A DNA stretch of 64,000 nucleotides from Paragordius varius (Eukaryota; Animalia; Nematomorpha). A model generated the notes under the pieces. The model was not told where the DNA came from. It searched no databases and was given only the letters and a program-made list of their open reading frames with translations. Position numbers and translations under genes: made by a program. Numbering within the stretch: the first letter of the stretch is position 1; every line of letters starts with the position of its first letter. Where the stretch lies: positions 2,294,001 to 2,358,000 of the forward strand of contig OZ176050.1 in the NCBI GenBank assembly GCA_964247055.1, given 5' to 3'. Below are positions 25,148 through 42,390 of this stretch, piece by piece.

Positions 25148-25561
25148 TTTAAAACATATAAATTTTTAAATATTTTTAAAAATATTATAAACAGTAAAAA
25201 TTATTATCGCGTTCAAACTGTAAAAAGCGTTGGTTAAATGGCCAATTATTTGTTATATACAAATAAAAGTTTTTTAGTTATAAATAGCGTAAAAATATTT
25301 TAATGTACTGTGTATCCGTAAATAAATTAAAAAAAAAGTTATTTTGGAATCAGATTTTATGACTTATATGACTTAATACACTAATAAATTGCATTAATCG
25401 AAAAAAATAATATATTTTATGGGTTAATTAAATAATCATTATGTTATATAGCCAATGTGTTTTTAGGATTAGTGCCATCGTTTAATTTTAATTTTGGAAT
25501 AATTTTTATACTCCTTACTAATTGGAGCTATTCATTTAATATTTTTTAATAAAAATAAATT

Positions 25562-28500
25562 ATGATAAAATCTGTATTCATCACTTGCCTAATTCTTTTA
25601 GTTAATGACAAGGAAATTTTTGGGTTTTTGGGCCGAAATGATTACAATAATAATAAAGGGACGGAATGTAAAGAAGGATATTTTAAATTCTATGGAGGAC
25701 GACAATCTAATTATGGTGCTATCTCTGCCCAAAATGGATATCACTGTAAAATATTTTAAATTACTTAACGATATTTGGAAATCGTTTGAATATAGAGGAA
25801 TTTACTGTTATTTGTAGTTTGAAAAAAAATATTTTTTTAGGGCAAGGATTATTATCTAACGGACTCAAAAGTTAAATGAAACAAATTCTACATATCTTTC
25901 ATAAAAAATTAGCTAAGGCGTAAAATCACTGTGAAAGAGTTATATCAGTAAAAATTAATTTTTTAATTAAAATAATTTCTAATAGGTTAAACGATAAAAA
26001 ATATATAAAATAATGAAATTAATAAATTTTTTAAAATACGGTTGATGGAACTATAAATGCAAGTAAACATTGAAGGATACATAAAATTGAGGTTTTAGGC
26101 CCTAAAATACATTTAGGATTAAGTATAATAAAATGCTGCAACTATAGTTTTACAGGAAAATTTCGTAATTTTAAAAGTAAATTATAAATTTTTTATTTAT
26201 TTATGAAAAACTCACTTTATAAAATCTATCCAATGTTAGGTTGTCCAATTTTGAACTGTACCCATGTTTGTTACAACGGTTATGAGTGGGATCAACATAG
26301 ATGTCCTACCTGTGATTGCAAGGGTAATTTCTATAAAAGTTTTTTTTATTCTAAATCAACAACTATCTAAACATTAAGAATAAATGTACACACTATGTTT
26401 GTAAACACAGTGTACAAAGGTAATGAAAAAATATCTTGATTAAATAAATATATTTTGTTTGAAAAATTTATCAGGATTATCATGGTGCTTTTGGTTTTGG
26501 CACTTACAAGTGATATAAGAAAATATTTAAACTTTTGTGCTATGTGCCCCCTATCAGAAAATGGCAAAATTTAACCACATTTTTGTAAAAAGTTTTTTTT
26601 GATGAAAAAAGGATTCAAAAATATCACTAAAATATATTATAAACTACGTATAAAAAGCAAAACAATATAATATTATTTTTAGATGGAGGCTCCGAAAGTC
26701 CCAAATTTTTTGCTCTTCTAAAACCGACTAGTTCCTTTAAAATAAACGAAATACCTGAATAAAAAATATTTTTAAAGCATACTTTTAGAAAAATTCAATT
26801 TTTAGCAAAATTTTGTTGGAGCGTACTTCCTAGTATTTTAGGCATGATGGAAACCGTATAAAAAAGCTTTTGGATATTTTAAAAACACCTTTTCTATATT
26901 ATTTGATGATGCTGAAAATTTTTATCACCTCAGAATTTTGATAAAATATTCGTTTGTCTTTAAATTTATGTCATATATGAATTGTGTGTTTATATAAAGA
27001 TTCTCCTAAATTTGAAACTAAACCTTTAATTAAATTTCTGAAGCAATAGAAAACAGGTTTTAAATGATATCTAAAAGCATTTTTATACCATTTCCAACAT
27101 GCCTAAAAATAGTATGAAAAGCGCTTCAACAAAATTTTGCTAAAAATTTAATATTTGGGAAAAATACATTTTTAAAATAATTATTTTTGCGTTTATTTTA
27201 AGAGAACTAGCTCATTTAACAAGAGCGAAAAAAATGAGACTTTCGGAGCACACATCTAAAAATTATAATTGTTTTGCTTTTTATAGGTAGTTTATGATTG
27301 AAATGAAGCAAGTTTTCCGCGAAAATTATAACAATGTGCTCAAATTTTACCATTTTTATGAAGCACTTACCATCAAAGTGTAAATAACTTTCTTATATCA
27401 CTTGTAAGGGCCAAAACCAAAAGCATCATGAGATTTTGATACATATTCTAATCGGAATATCATATATCATCATGACATTTTTTTGTGTACACTGTATAAT
27501 ATAACATTCAAATAATTTAGTAAAAAATCGGATCATGGCTAAAAATTATTTTTATTCGTAAAATGAGATTTTCTGTTCATAGCTTGCCCAGAAACGTTGC
27601 CAATGAAGTGTGGGGATGGATATAAACTCAATTATAAAACGACAGAAAGTGGCTGTAAATTGTGGTATTGTGAATTAGTACAAGGTCCAGCAATAGTTGA
27701 GGCATTGGTATATCATCAAAATTATCTCAAATTAGGACAATTAATGTTTTGATTAAAAATTGTTTTTAATAATAATTGATCATTATCGATAATATGACAC
27801 ATTAATTATTTGCATATGTAGAAAGTTGTTTTGGATATACAACCAATCGGGAACAATACAGTAAATAGCACAGGGCAAAATTTAACCGCAACCGGAGATG
27901 TAAGATTGCAAACTTATATAGAAATTATTTAATAATGTAACGGTATATAGTAATAAAGACCCCTCTCGTCATAAGTAGCTTTTCGATACAATCAGGCGCT
28001 AACAAACTGATTTGATACTAAATTAACGACTTTTTTAATTTTTAAATGAGGTCATACATTAAAATCATGTAAAGTTGAGCATTTTCCGCTACTTGTTTTT
28101 GAGTTTTGGACCTTTCATAATAATAAGCCAAAAATAACCAATTAACATTGTTTAATCATTTATTTTTAAATATATTTGCAAAAAAGATTAAATATTATTG
28201 AAAAAACTGAATATCAATTAGAATTCGGATTAAATTTTAGTTTTCCTAAAAAAGTGTCATGATGCAAATAAGCAATGTATTTTATTCCCATAATAGAGGT
28301 CGGGTAGTTGAAATCCACTTATATAACATTTTACATACGCGTAAATATATTTTAAACCAGATATTTAGAGAATAACAAAATTAATATTAATTTAGCTTTT
28401 TAAATATTCCAATAAATTCTTTGTTTTATATAATATAATAATGATAGCTATTTGCATTACAAAATGATGGTATATCCTCCTCAAACATTTCTCTTTTATC

Positions 28501-28957
28501 AAATGTTACTGTACCCGCTAATACAACCTTCAATGGAAATATCAATGGCAATGATTCTAATCTTTCACTTTTAAGTTTTAATCCACTTCTCTTGTTGAAT
28601 TCTACCAAGGAAATTAACAGTAGTATATGTAATGTTTCCACTTTGATGGGCGGAAATTCAATTGTTCCTTTAATTGGAATCAGTTCAACACTTGCCAATC
28701 TTTATGACACCAATTATATTGCTAATAATGCGACAACAGTCAATACGGTCCAGAATACGACAACTAGCTCATTGCCACAAATTAAATTTGGCGAGGGAAA
28801 CTCTGAGAATATGGAATTTCCGAACCAATACCCAGGAAATATGGTATGGGTGTTTAATTTTTGTTTTATTGGTACCAAATTTACATTTATAATGCACATT
28901 ATTTAGGCGGATCCTTATGGTTACATGAACGAAAATGTGGCATACAATTATAATTAA
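25562..28957 (+). CDS. Secreted cysteine-rich protein with two antistasin-like repeats and an N-glycosylation-rich Ser/Thr/Asn domain
   Basis: Exons are 25562-25745 (MIKSVFITCLILLV signal-like), 26240-26323 (CPILNCTHVCYNGYEWDQHRCPTCDCK), 27583-27707 (CPETLPMKCGDGYKLNYKTTESGCKLWYC), 28448-28843 and 28907-28957 (TAA). Phases 1,1,0,0 are consistent. An extra small exon at ~25841-25870 is possible. Confidence 0.75.
26406..27496. mobile_element. Older ~1.09-kb foldback element with CACAGTGTAC..GTACACTGTA termini, inside an intron of the antistasin-like gene
   Basis: Diverged inverted arms cover almost the whole length (e.g. ATCATGGTGCTTTTGGTTTTGGCACTTACAAGTGATATAAG ~26480 vs CTTATATCACTTGTAAGGGCCAAAACCAAAAGCATCATGA ~27392). 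TAA follows the right end. Related fragments lie at ~29480-30010, 41850-42390, 46850-47220 and 47870. Confidence 0.75.
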
Positions 28958-29084
28958 AAAATTATTTACTATATAATGAAAATAAATGGTGGTTATAGGG
29001 TATTGATGATTAAATTGTAAACTAATTATGCACGATAGCAAAATGGTTTATTTAAAATAAAATTATGGTTTCCCCAAGGCGTCA

Positions 29085-29245
29085 AACCGGAACCGAAACC
29101 CGGTTCTTAAAATTTTAGCAGGAATTGGTTTGTTAGAGCTGGAACTAACCCGGTTCCGGTTCCACTTTCTTGGGAACAACCCAGATCCCATTTCAATATT
29201 CTTAGGAAAAGGTTCCGGTTCCAACGGTCCTAGAAACCACCAGTT
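29085..29245. repeat. AACCGG/CCGGTT-rich terminal-type repeat relic
   Basis: Clustered GGAACCG/CGGTTCC motifs in both orientations. Similar stretches at ~41410-41470, 17130 and 58480. Confidence 0.45.
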
Positions 29246-32200
29246 AAGGTTTCATCTCCAAAATAAGTGGTTTAAAATAATATATTGTCTAATTATAATT
29301 TAAATTTGATGTTGAGATAAAATTTATCTAATCTCTCATCAAAATGTCTAAAATATTATTTTTTATACTATTAATCATATGATAACATTTCTTCTGGCAT
29401 CCGGTGTAAATACACCACTTTGAAAAAAAAATCATATCTACCTTTAACACTTGAAGAAAACTAAAGACATAATTTTATTTTAAGTTCACAAAATTTAGGA
29501 TATTTAAATATCGCCCTATCCCGGCATTGCGTTTATTTTAAAATAACCAGTTTATGTTTGAAGAGCAAAAAAATTGGAACTCTCGGAGCCCATAACTAAA
29601 AATTTAAACTTGATAATATTTTTTGCTTAGCGATCTCCTTTGGGTGGAAATCTAATTTTCACCAAAAAATTTATTAAAAAAAGTGCAAATTTGCTATTTT
29701 ATCATCTGGAGCACTTACCAAAAAAATATAAATAACTTTCTTAAATCACTCATAAGGGCCAAAACCAAAAACCACAAATTCTGATACATCTTCCTATCAG
29801 CATATGTATATTTCATCAGGTTATTTTTTTCTCAACTGTGCGTATGCACACAAATCGTGGAACCCAAAAACCCATAAAATATATATATTCTGAGAAAAAT
29901 GTATTTGGGTTCTCATGGTGCTTTTGGTTTTACGAGTGATAAAAGAAATTTATTACCACTATTGCGGAAATTTCTCCGCATCATAAAATGGTAAACTCCG
30001 CGGACATTTTGTTAAATAAAAAATTTTCCGTAAATTCTTGCTTCATTCCAAAATTTACCATCTGAATATATCGTAAAGTATTAAAAGCAGAAGCATATTT
30101 ATATTTATTTAATTTCACAGTTAGGCTCCAAAACTCGCAAATTTTTGGACCTCCCTATATAGGCTAGTTTTTTTGAAAAGGAATAAAATATTATAAAATT
30201 TGACTCGATATTATTTTTGAAAAATACAAGCTTTTTAAAATTAAAATTTTGCCGAATTACTGTTGAAACGTATTTATATAGCATTTGGCAGCTTGGTAAA
30301 AACGGCAAACAAAACCTTTTAAAATATTACAAAAATATCTTTTTATTATAGTGCGATGATGGTGACTATTTCTTTCACCTCAGAATACGAATTTGGGTAT
30401 ATGCACAAAGACTGTTTGACTTCTCACCAACTCTTGTTGCTAATAACATAGAAATGTTCAATATTTTATAATTATATAAAAAAGTGTTTAAAAATATATT
30501 ATAACGTTTTCTTAATGCTATAATATAGTCGGCTTCAATAAAATGTCAAAATTTGAAATTTTAAACAAATTTTTAGTTTTTTGATGTTATAAAAAATATA
30601 TTAAAAACTCTTATCTCGTAAGCTTGGCATTGCGGTAATTTTAAAATTTTAAAGTATATTTGGATTTTAAAAATTTTGCCTCAGGAGCTTACGTGTAACC
30701 TTAATCCAATTTGAATTACTTTAGCAGGTTATGATATATTAATGATTTTTGGGATTAAAAATCGAACTTTTAGCAAAATTTATATTTAAATGAGTAAGTT
30801 TTAGGATTTATCTTTAGTGAACATTTACGAAAAAATATTTCATATATTACTTAATAACAAAATGAGAATCTTGGTCTATCAAAATATATAACGGTATTTT
30901 ATACCCCGGATTTTGTCCGCAGTGTAAAAAAACCAGCAGTTCACTTTTTATCATCTGTTTCTATCATCACATCTAGAGCAAAGTTGTATAAATGTGTCCC
31001 GTTATATTCTACTAGATTAAGGTAAAAAATAAAGCACCCTTTTTTATAAGCTATTTTTAAATATCTTAATAAATTATTTTGATCATTTGAATATCAATCA
31101 ATATTTGCTATCTTTTTTAGCACAAACTAAAACAATGTTACATTTACATAAGTTAATTGAAATTCGAACCTTAATTTTAAAACCATTGTTTTTTGTTGAA
31201 CTAACGGTATTTTTCATTAAACTTGTTTGAATGGCTCTTGTTTAAGAGTTAAATATTTAATATAACAAATAGGGAATGAATGTTACAATGTGATATATAG
31301 ACAAAAATAATCAATATATATTATACAATTTATGAAAAAATATTAAGAGAGTTGTTGTATTCTTAAAATTATTTTTTTTCATCCATTTTTATATGTATAT
31401 TGTATTGTATCGTGCATAAAATTTATTGATTTTTATTTTTTCCATTAGTTGCCTACTTATTTATCGACATAAACTTAGCGTTACCAGCGCGTTATTTTTT
31501 TCAATTTTATTATCACTTTTCTAAAAAATTTCTATTTTGTTTAAAATTATTGGGGTTAGTAGATAAATTAAAGTTACGAATTTTAGGAACTTTTAATATT
31601 TTAAAAAAATTTTTTGATCACAGGTAAAACTGAATCCATTAAAATTACGGCCATCAATTTTAAAGTTTTGACATTGTCAAACCAATTAATGCCTAGTTGT
31701 GTTTTTATTTTTAATAAGATTATTTTAAGTAGTTAGAACAGTTTTTATTGACCCACAAGATGGGGGGAGTAGAATATGCTATTAAAATCAATTAATTAGA
31801 AGTTATAAAAAATTTTACATGAATACTAAATTTATAAACTGTTAAACTTCAGAATTTTTTTTATCAATTGTGAATTAGGACTTCACACATGTCGTTTTGG
31901 ATTATGTTTGATTAGATTTTTTATAGATAATCAGGCAAAAAAACATTTTTTTTTCAAGCAAAAATTAAAACCACATTTAATTGGTCAATATATCTCGATA
32001 CATATCTTATAGGTTATGCATAACCTAGCCTACCAATGCATATATATAGCGGCTTTTATCGGAGATGACCTGACAAGATAAAAATACTCATTTATCAATT
32101 TTCTTTTTAAGTGTTCTTACATGAAATTGCCGGTTACTTTGATAGCGTTTAAATATGGATTAGATCAAATATGTATATTATTTTTAAGTCAATTTGTTTA

Positions 32201-34975
32201 AAATGCAAAATTGCCTGCTATTTTTTGAAACACCAATTTTTCCATCTTAACTTTTTATCACCTTTTGGGGTAGTTTTAAATTCTAAAGCTTTTAATATTT
32301 AAATACCTTAAAAAATATTTTTTCTTGGGTCAAATTATTACATATGCTTTCTGTTTTAAGCGCATAAAATTTTTTGTGCCGCAATTTCTTTTCTTTTTGA
32401 TTATTTTAAATGTTAAATAAATGTATATATTAGTGAAAAAATATGAATAATTAACTGTAAAAATCTTTCTAATTATATTCTACCAACATTTTTTTCAAAA
32501 TTATATATTTTTTATCCGCTATTTGCTTTAATTGTATTTTGGAGCTCGCCATATTTAGGACTCTAGTAGTTAAAAAAATGTAAAAATTATAATTTTACAG
32601 GAAAAGGATGATAATTAAATTTTATCCAAGGTTACTTTGAAAACAGTGGTTTCGATTTTGAGTTCTGGGGTATAAAACTACCCGCCAATGTCATCGTCTA
32701 AATAAAATATGAAAATGTTCTAAAGTGTTAATGACTTTCTATTGACAAATGTAGCATTACACAAGCGTAGCTTTTTACCCTAATCCCATTTTTACCTCAT
32801 GGTCTGGCTCGTTTTAACTATTTTCGTTTGTTTAAAAAGTTACAATAATATAAAATTCAATCCTACCATAACTAACATCATAAGCTAAGAATTATCAATT
32901 ATTATTGTTTTTATTTAAAAATGGAACCTGAAGACATTATTTTTTGTTGTAAGGAGGAAATCGATAATTCATTAATATTGCTGGTTGTGTGTGTGTTAGT
33001 TTGTAGTTTACATAACACATGACTATACATTATCTCCCTTATTTTAGGCCAATGGACGCCACACATTCTGACCCTAAGAAAGGACCCTTGACTAATAGGA
33101 CAAATAAATAAAACATTACAATGTACCCAAATTTATTGATTTCCTTTTTCCTTTTTTCAATGTTTTTCATATTTACAAAAACATTTTGTAAAATAATATA
33201 AAAACTGGAATGTATCAATACTATATCATAAAATTGAGTTTTATTCGAATTTTAAAGTTTTTTTTAAACAATAACTTTTTTAAAAAATAATGCAAAAAAA
33301 TGCATGAATAATGATGTGATGATCTCTGTCCTATCTTGGTTATTGAGTCTCCGCTTTGACTAACTTTCATTTTTGTCCAAACCAAACTTGATCAGAATAC
33401 TTTTTATACATGATGTGTGATGTAGGATGGATCTCTTAAAATCAATAAATTATATACATTGTATAAATGCCTATTATGTTGCAAGCCATGTTACACACAA
33501 CACATTAAAAATCTAAACATTATTCTCATCATTATCATTAGAAAAAAAGACTTCAAAATTAGTACTACTAATGTGTCTGCGCAGGGAACGACATGAGATG
33601 ACACTCGTGTGTTAACATAAGTACTTACTACAGCACACTAATAATGTGTTCTGTTGAAATCCGAATTTTTTTAAAAAAAAATAAAATTATTTCATCTATG
33701 CCCCATAATCCAAATACAATGTTTGGGCAATATAACCTTAATTATTGATTACTATATATTTATTATTTGATTGATTAACTTTTTTTCTTTTCTTATTATT
33801 CAATAATTTTTTTTCAGAGCTCTCTCGTATAAGTTAGGTTTGGTCTGGTTAGGTCACTCACATTTAAACTTTGTATATCATTCATTTCCCATACAATATA
33901 TTGAATTTTATGTATGCATTAGTTCATTATAACTCCAACCAACTAAATAACTTTGGTTTTAGTATTGAAATCTTTTCAATAAAAAAATTTTTCATTTAAG
34001 GAGTAGACAATTCATAATATATAAATTTATTATTTTAATTTGCATATTATATATATATATATATTGATTCGTTTTTTTTTGGTGGTGGTAAGCAGGTAAA
34101 TATTTTATTATAACAGAGCTTTCGCCTAAATTAATAGAATTAAAAATATAATGGATAAAAATGGATAGAAAGATGTATAGATTTTACAAGTTAAAACTGT
34201 TTCTTTTTCTCTCAAAGTTAAAATACCATAAATATCGATTTTTCGTTTCATTCATATGATAGTAGATAACACATAAAAAATAATGATAATAATACTGCAA
34301 GTTATTACCTCCTTGTTTGTTGAATATCTAATTCTATTGCAGTTTTGTTCTAATATGAAACTTACTCATCATGATATATTTTCACCCAATGCTACAATGC
34401 TCTAATCCTGAATCATGAGACATCTTGATAAATTTAGATAAACTTTGAATCAGTTTTTTAGTAATGTTAAAAATCAATAATTTCTTTAAAAAATTATTTT
34501 ACCTATTAATTTTGCTAAATTTTAGAGCCATCTTTGTCACATCCTCAATTCTTTGATTCCTTGAAAACTGCGCTGTAAACAATCTTAAATACATCCTATT
34601 TTTAACCTTATATATTTATTCCGTTCTGTCGGTTTTTTTATTTGCCACATTTTTTGATACATCAATAATATAAATTAAATTCCAATCTTCCAAAAAACCG
34701 TCCGTGCTAATATATTACCTTTGGAAAATCTTTATCATTCTGAAAACTAAAATTTATTATTCTCATACTATTTCAACACATTTAGTTTCAATATGAGTTT
34801 ATACTATCATGTCCAAAACTTTCATAATGATTGCTCCTCAAGCAACATTAAATATTTTTCATCAATCATAATCATCAGTTAAGGAAACAACAATTTTAAC
34901 ACTGATACATTCATCGCCAAAAACCGCGTATTTAAGAAAAAAAACCATAAAATATAACTTCCCAAAACCAAAATC

Positions 34976-38624
<3,649 letters not shown>

Positions 38625-41600
38625 CTCTTATCTTATGTGTCATCTTTTATTACTTGCTTATATCTACCCTTATAAACAGCAACAACAACTATATATCAAT
38701 CAATTTATACCTACCTAATCTCCGCATAAAATATATATACATTCATTAACAGAACAAGAAAGTTTAGTAATACTTCGTATAATTAAAACAAAAACAATAT
38801 ACCCTTAATAATTAGCATACGTTACACCCATCTCTAAATTGCATGATCAATAAGGTACAAACGTATTATTTTCTACTCATCATTTTTTCTTTCATACCTA
38901 ATAACAAGAACAAAACAGCAAAACAATTTTTTAATTTTGTCAGGTTTTTTCCCCCTTAATTATAATAACATAATTTTTTATCTTGAAAAATATCGCGGCC
39001 ATATTACGTGTAAACTCCACGCACCGATTAAAACAAAATTATAGTTTATTTTGTTTTGTTTTGGCTTTTTGAGTGGAGCGTAACGAAAAAAAGTTCCCTC
39101 ATAACCAACCACCTTATAATTATCAATAGAAAATTGCATAGAATAGCTATGTTTACTTCCTTAACAGCCTACATATTGTCAAGTAACAAACACACACATA
39201 AAAAACATATCTTTTGTGCCTACCTTTATGCTTAAATCTTCATATGAATATTAAATTGTCAAAGTGTTTACATAATTTTTGTTCTGTTTTTACCTTCCAC
39301 ACGATATATATACCTGGTTGATTCCCACACATCTCTGTTTCTTACATACTTTATCTTTACCAAATATATTTGTGATATACAATTTATCAACATCCTTGCT
39401 TTTATCCTAATAAAAGCAAGCTAAAATTTGGTAAACATTTTTAGGGGAAGAAAATTGATGACAATATAAAATAATTATAGCCCATATATGATGGCGACAC
39501 GCAATTGAAATTTGCTCTGTCGGAAATTACTACGAAGCATGCATACTTTTTTACCTGTACTGTACTGTAGTTAAATCCTTTGTGTTAAAAATAACTTTAT
39601 TATACTTTGTGGTGAAATACGCATTTATTATGTGGGATATAGTTGAGAGAGGTTATATTATCTCTTTGTCACATGAAACATGAATGACAAACAAAATAAT
39701 GGCCTTGGAAGAACCTTTTCGAATCAACATACATACTTTCCTTCCTCGAGAACTAACTATGATTCTCCTGTGGATTATTTTTTAACACTTGTTTTATGCT
39801 CTGCTTACTCTGTTTTTGTCTATTTTTGTGCTAATAAAACTTTTCACATCACACCCATTTTTTTATTTTATTTTCAACTTTTATATTGAATGGGAGATAG
39901 ATTTTATATACTATCTATGTAATCCTTTTTTTATAAAAATCAAAATTAAATAATGTTCACAAACACACACAAAAACCGCTTTTCAAATCAGTGCCCAAAT
40001 ATGTTTCAGAAAATTAATTCTTCTTTGTTTCTAAACTAATTTAGTCTTGTATCCTTTACTTTATTTATATTTAAGATACCCATTGCCAAACAAAACTTTT
40101 AACTGTAAATATTTATAACTTTTATATTTTGATTTTTGTTTATCATTTAAAACAATTTTTTATTTTTAGCTTTCTTGCCATATATATACGTATACATATC
40201 ATGTACTGTATAAATATTTTAGTCCTATTCACATATAAACTATTCGCTTACCTTTAAATTATTTTTCAGTATTTAAACAATTGAAAAAAATATTTTTGAT
40301 AAAAATCTCGAAAGTTTGCGCTTTGAAATTGTTTTAGAGCTCTTTTGTTGAAAATAAAACTTGGAAGAGTGAGCACATTTGACTGTCCAAAATAACTTAT
40401 TTATATATAATCTGATTAGTACGAAAGCTAATTTTTATTTTTTTTCAATGAAATTTTTTTATTTTTATCATCTATAATTATTAAATGGCCATTTTATCCA
40501 TATTATATATATGTAATTAAGTATATTTCCCCTCCTTTAATTTTATCATATTTAACTTATATATAAACAACTCTATGTTAATAATCTAATTCATATTCAT
40601 ATTTTTTCATTCACATACCACAATAAATAAAACCATAAAATGAATTTTGTCATAATTATCATATCTGGTGTGTATAAAAGGGAATTTATGGTAAATAATA
40701 AGTCTAAATCTGCCCTGTAATAAATTATCACTGACCACAACTTTTCCCGCTTTTAATAGTCAGTAATAGTTATTTTATATTAGCAGTTCTCTGTAACGCA
40801 TGGATATAACTTAGTCGAAACGGTTTATCAATTTGAGATTATCAATTATAGATGACCCTTATTGAATTTCAACCATTATATGGGTTTTATTAAAATATGT
40901 TTAAATCGCTTTGTGAGGGCGTGTGGTCTCCAGTTAGAAATAACGTCCTCATTAACGCCATGCTAAATGAAATAGTTGGAGATAATATCGGATATATTTA
41001 TAAATTTTTCATAAAGCTGAAAACCATTTTATAAAAATATGTTTACTTAGGGTAAGAATAAACCCAGGGGCAATTTAAACAGGGGCTTGAATAACATGTA
41101 TCTATAAAGCTATCGATCATAGGAATATACGTTTTGGGAGAATGCTTTTGATGGTATTTATTTTAAAACGTATTTTACACGGGGCTCTACTCAGTGACGA
41201 TTGATAACAATTTTGGCCTTGGACCATTCTTAAATTTAGTTTAAGTTTGTGGCAAATTTCTTTCTGAAAACGGTAATTTTACAAACAGTTGGCTTAATAC
41301 AGTAACAATTATATAATTGAATCGACAATCCTTGGCGCATGAGCCTACACGTTTTTCTAAAAATTGCATAAACCAAGGAAGGCCTCAAAGAGGATCAAAA
41401 AAAGTGGCACCGGAACCGACCTGATTCCCAAGAAAAAACGGAACCGGGTGGTTCTTGAGCAAAGGAAACCGCGTTAGATCCATAATTTATAAAATAATTA
41501 TTTGGCAAAATATTCTTTCATTATTTTGAGGAATGATGGAAAAAGTATAACGCTTTAAATAAAATCAATTTCAATATAATTCGATAATTCTAGTTCCTAT

Positions 41601-42390
41601 CACTTTAAAATTATTAAAATATTGTCTTATTATTTATGGTAAATATAAATTTTATTTTTTATTAATCCATCTTTTAAAGCGAAGGAACTTAAAATTCTGG
41701 GGATAGAAATGTCAGTATCATCGAATTATTGCACAAAATCGGAGGTTATAAAAATATAAGATTGATATATATATATATATTCTGAAAGGAATATGTATCA
41801 AAATTATTTAAGAAAGTTATTTACACTTTTGTATAAGTGCTCTATATAAAAAAAATCAAAATTTGAGCACATTTTTTTGTATAAAATTTTTTTGATGAAA
41901 GTTAATGCTTCTCCAAAAATATCACTTAGATATATCAAAAACTACTACATATACAAAACAAAATAATATTTTAAGAGAATTAATTATTTAGATGTGGGTC
42001 CGATTTTGCGCGATAAAAAGGTTAAACATAAGCTAAATTTTGGTATTTACAAACAATATTTAAAAAATGTGTTTTGTTTTTCAAAAATTATTTTAACGAA
42101 AGTTGGTTTAAGCGTACTTCATACTATTTTTAGGCATCGTGAATGTATCGCTTCAGAATTTTAATTTAATAGTTCGTTTTAATTTTGGTGATTTTTGTAA
42201 AAAAAACAATTTTTATCCATACAGTTGAAGACGAACAAATATTTAATCAAAATTCTGAGATGATAAAAATGTTCAGCGCCATTGATTTTGAGGAAAAGTT
42301 TTTTTGTAATATCTTATGTTTTTATACCGTTTCCATTCTGCCTCATTAGAATAACGCTTTAATTTTACTAAAAAATAAATTTTTGAAATA

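Noticed and set aside
32921-33090. Two-exon micropeptide MEPEDIIFCCQWTPHILTLRKDP
   Set aside because: Phases fit, but 23 codons with no homology is within chance expectation.
34290-34900. Divergent gene upstream of G-beta (minus-strand QFSRNQRIEDVTKMALKFSKINR between AG and GT)
   Set aside because: No phase-consistent multi-exon model could be built. Worth rechecking with RNA-seq.
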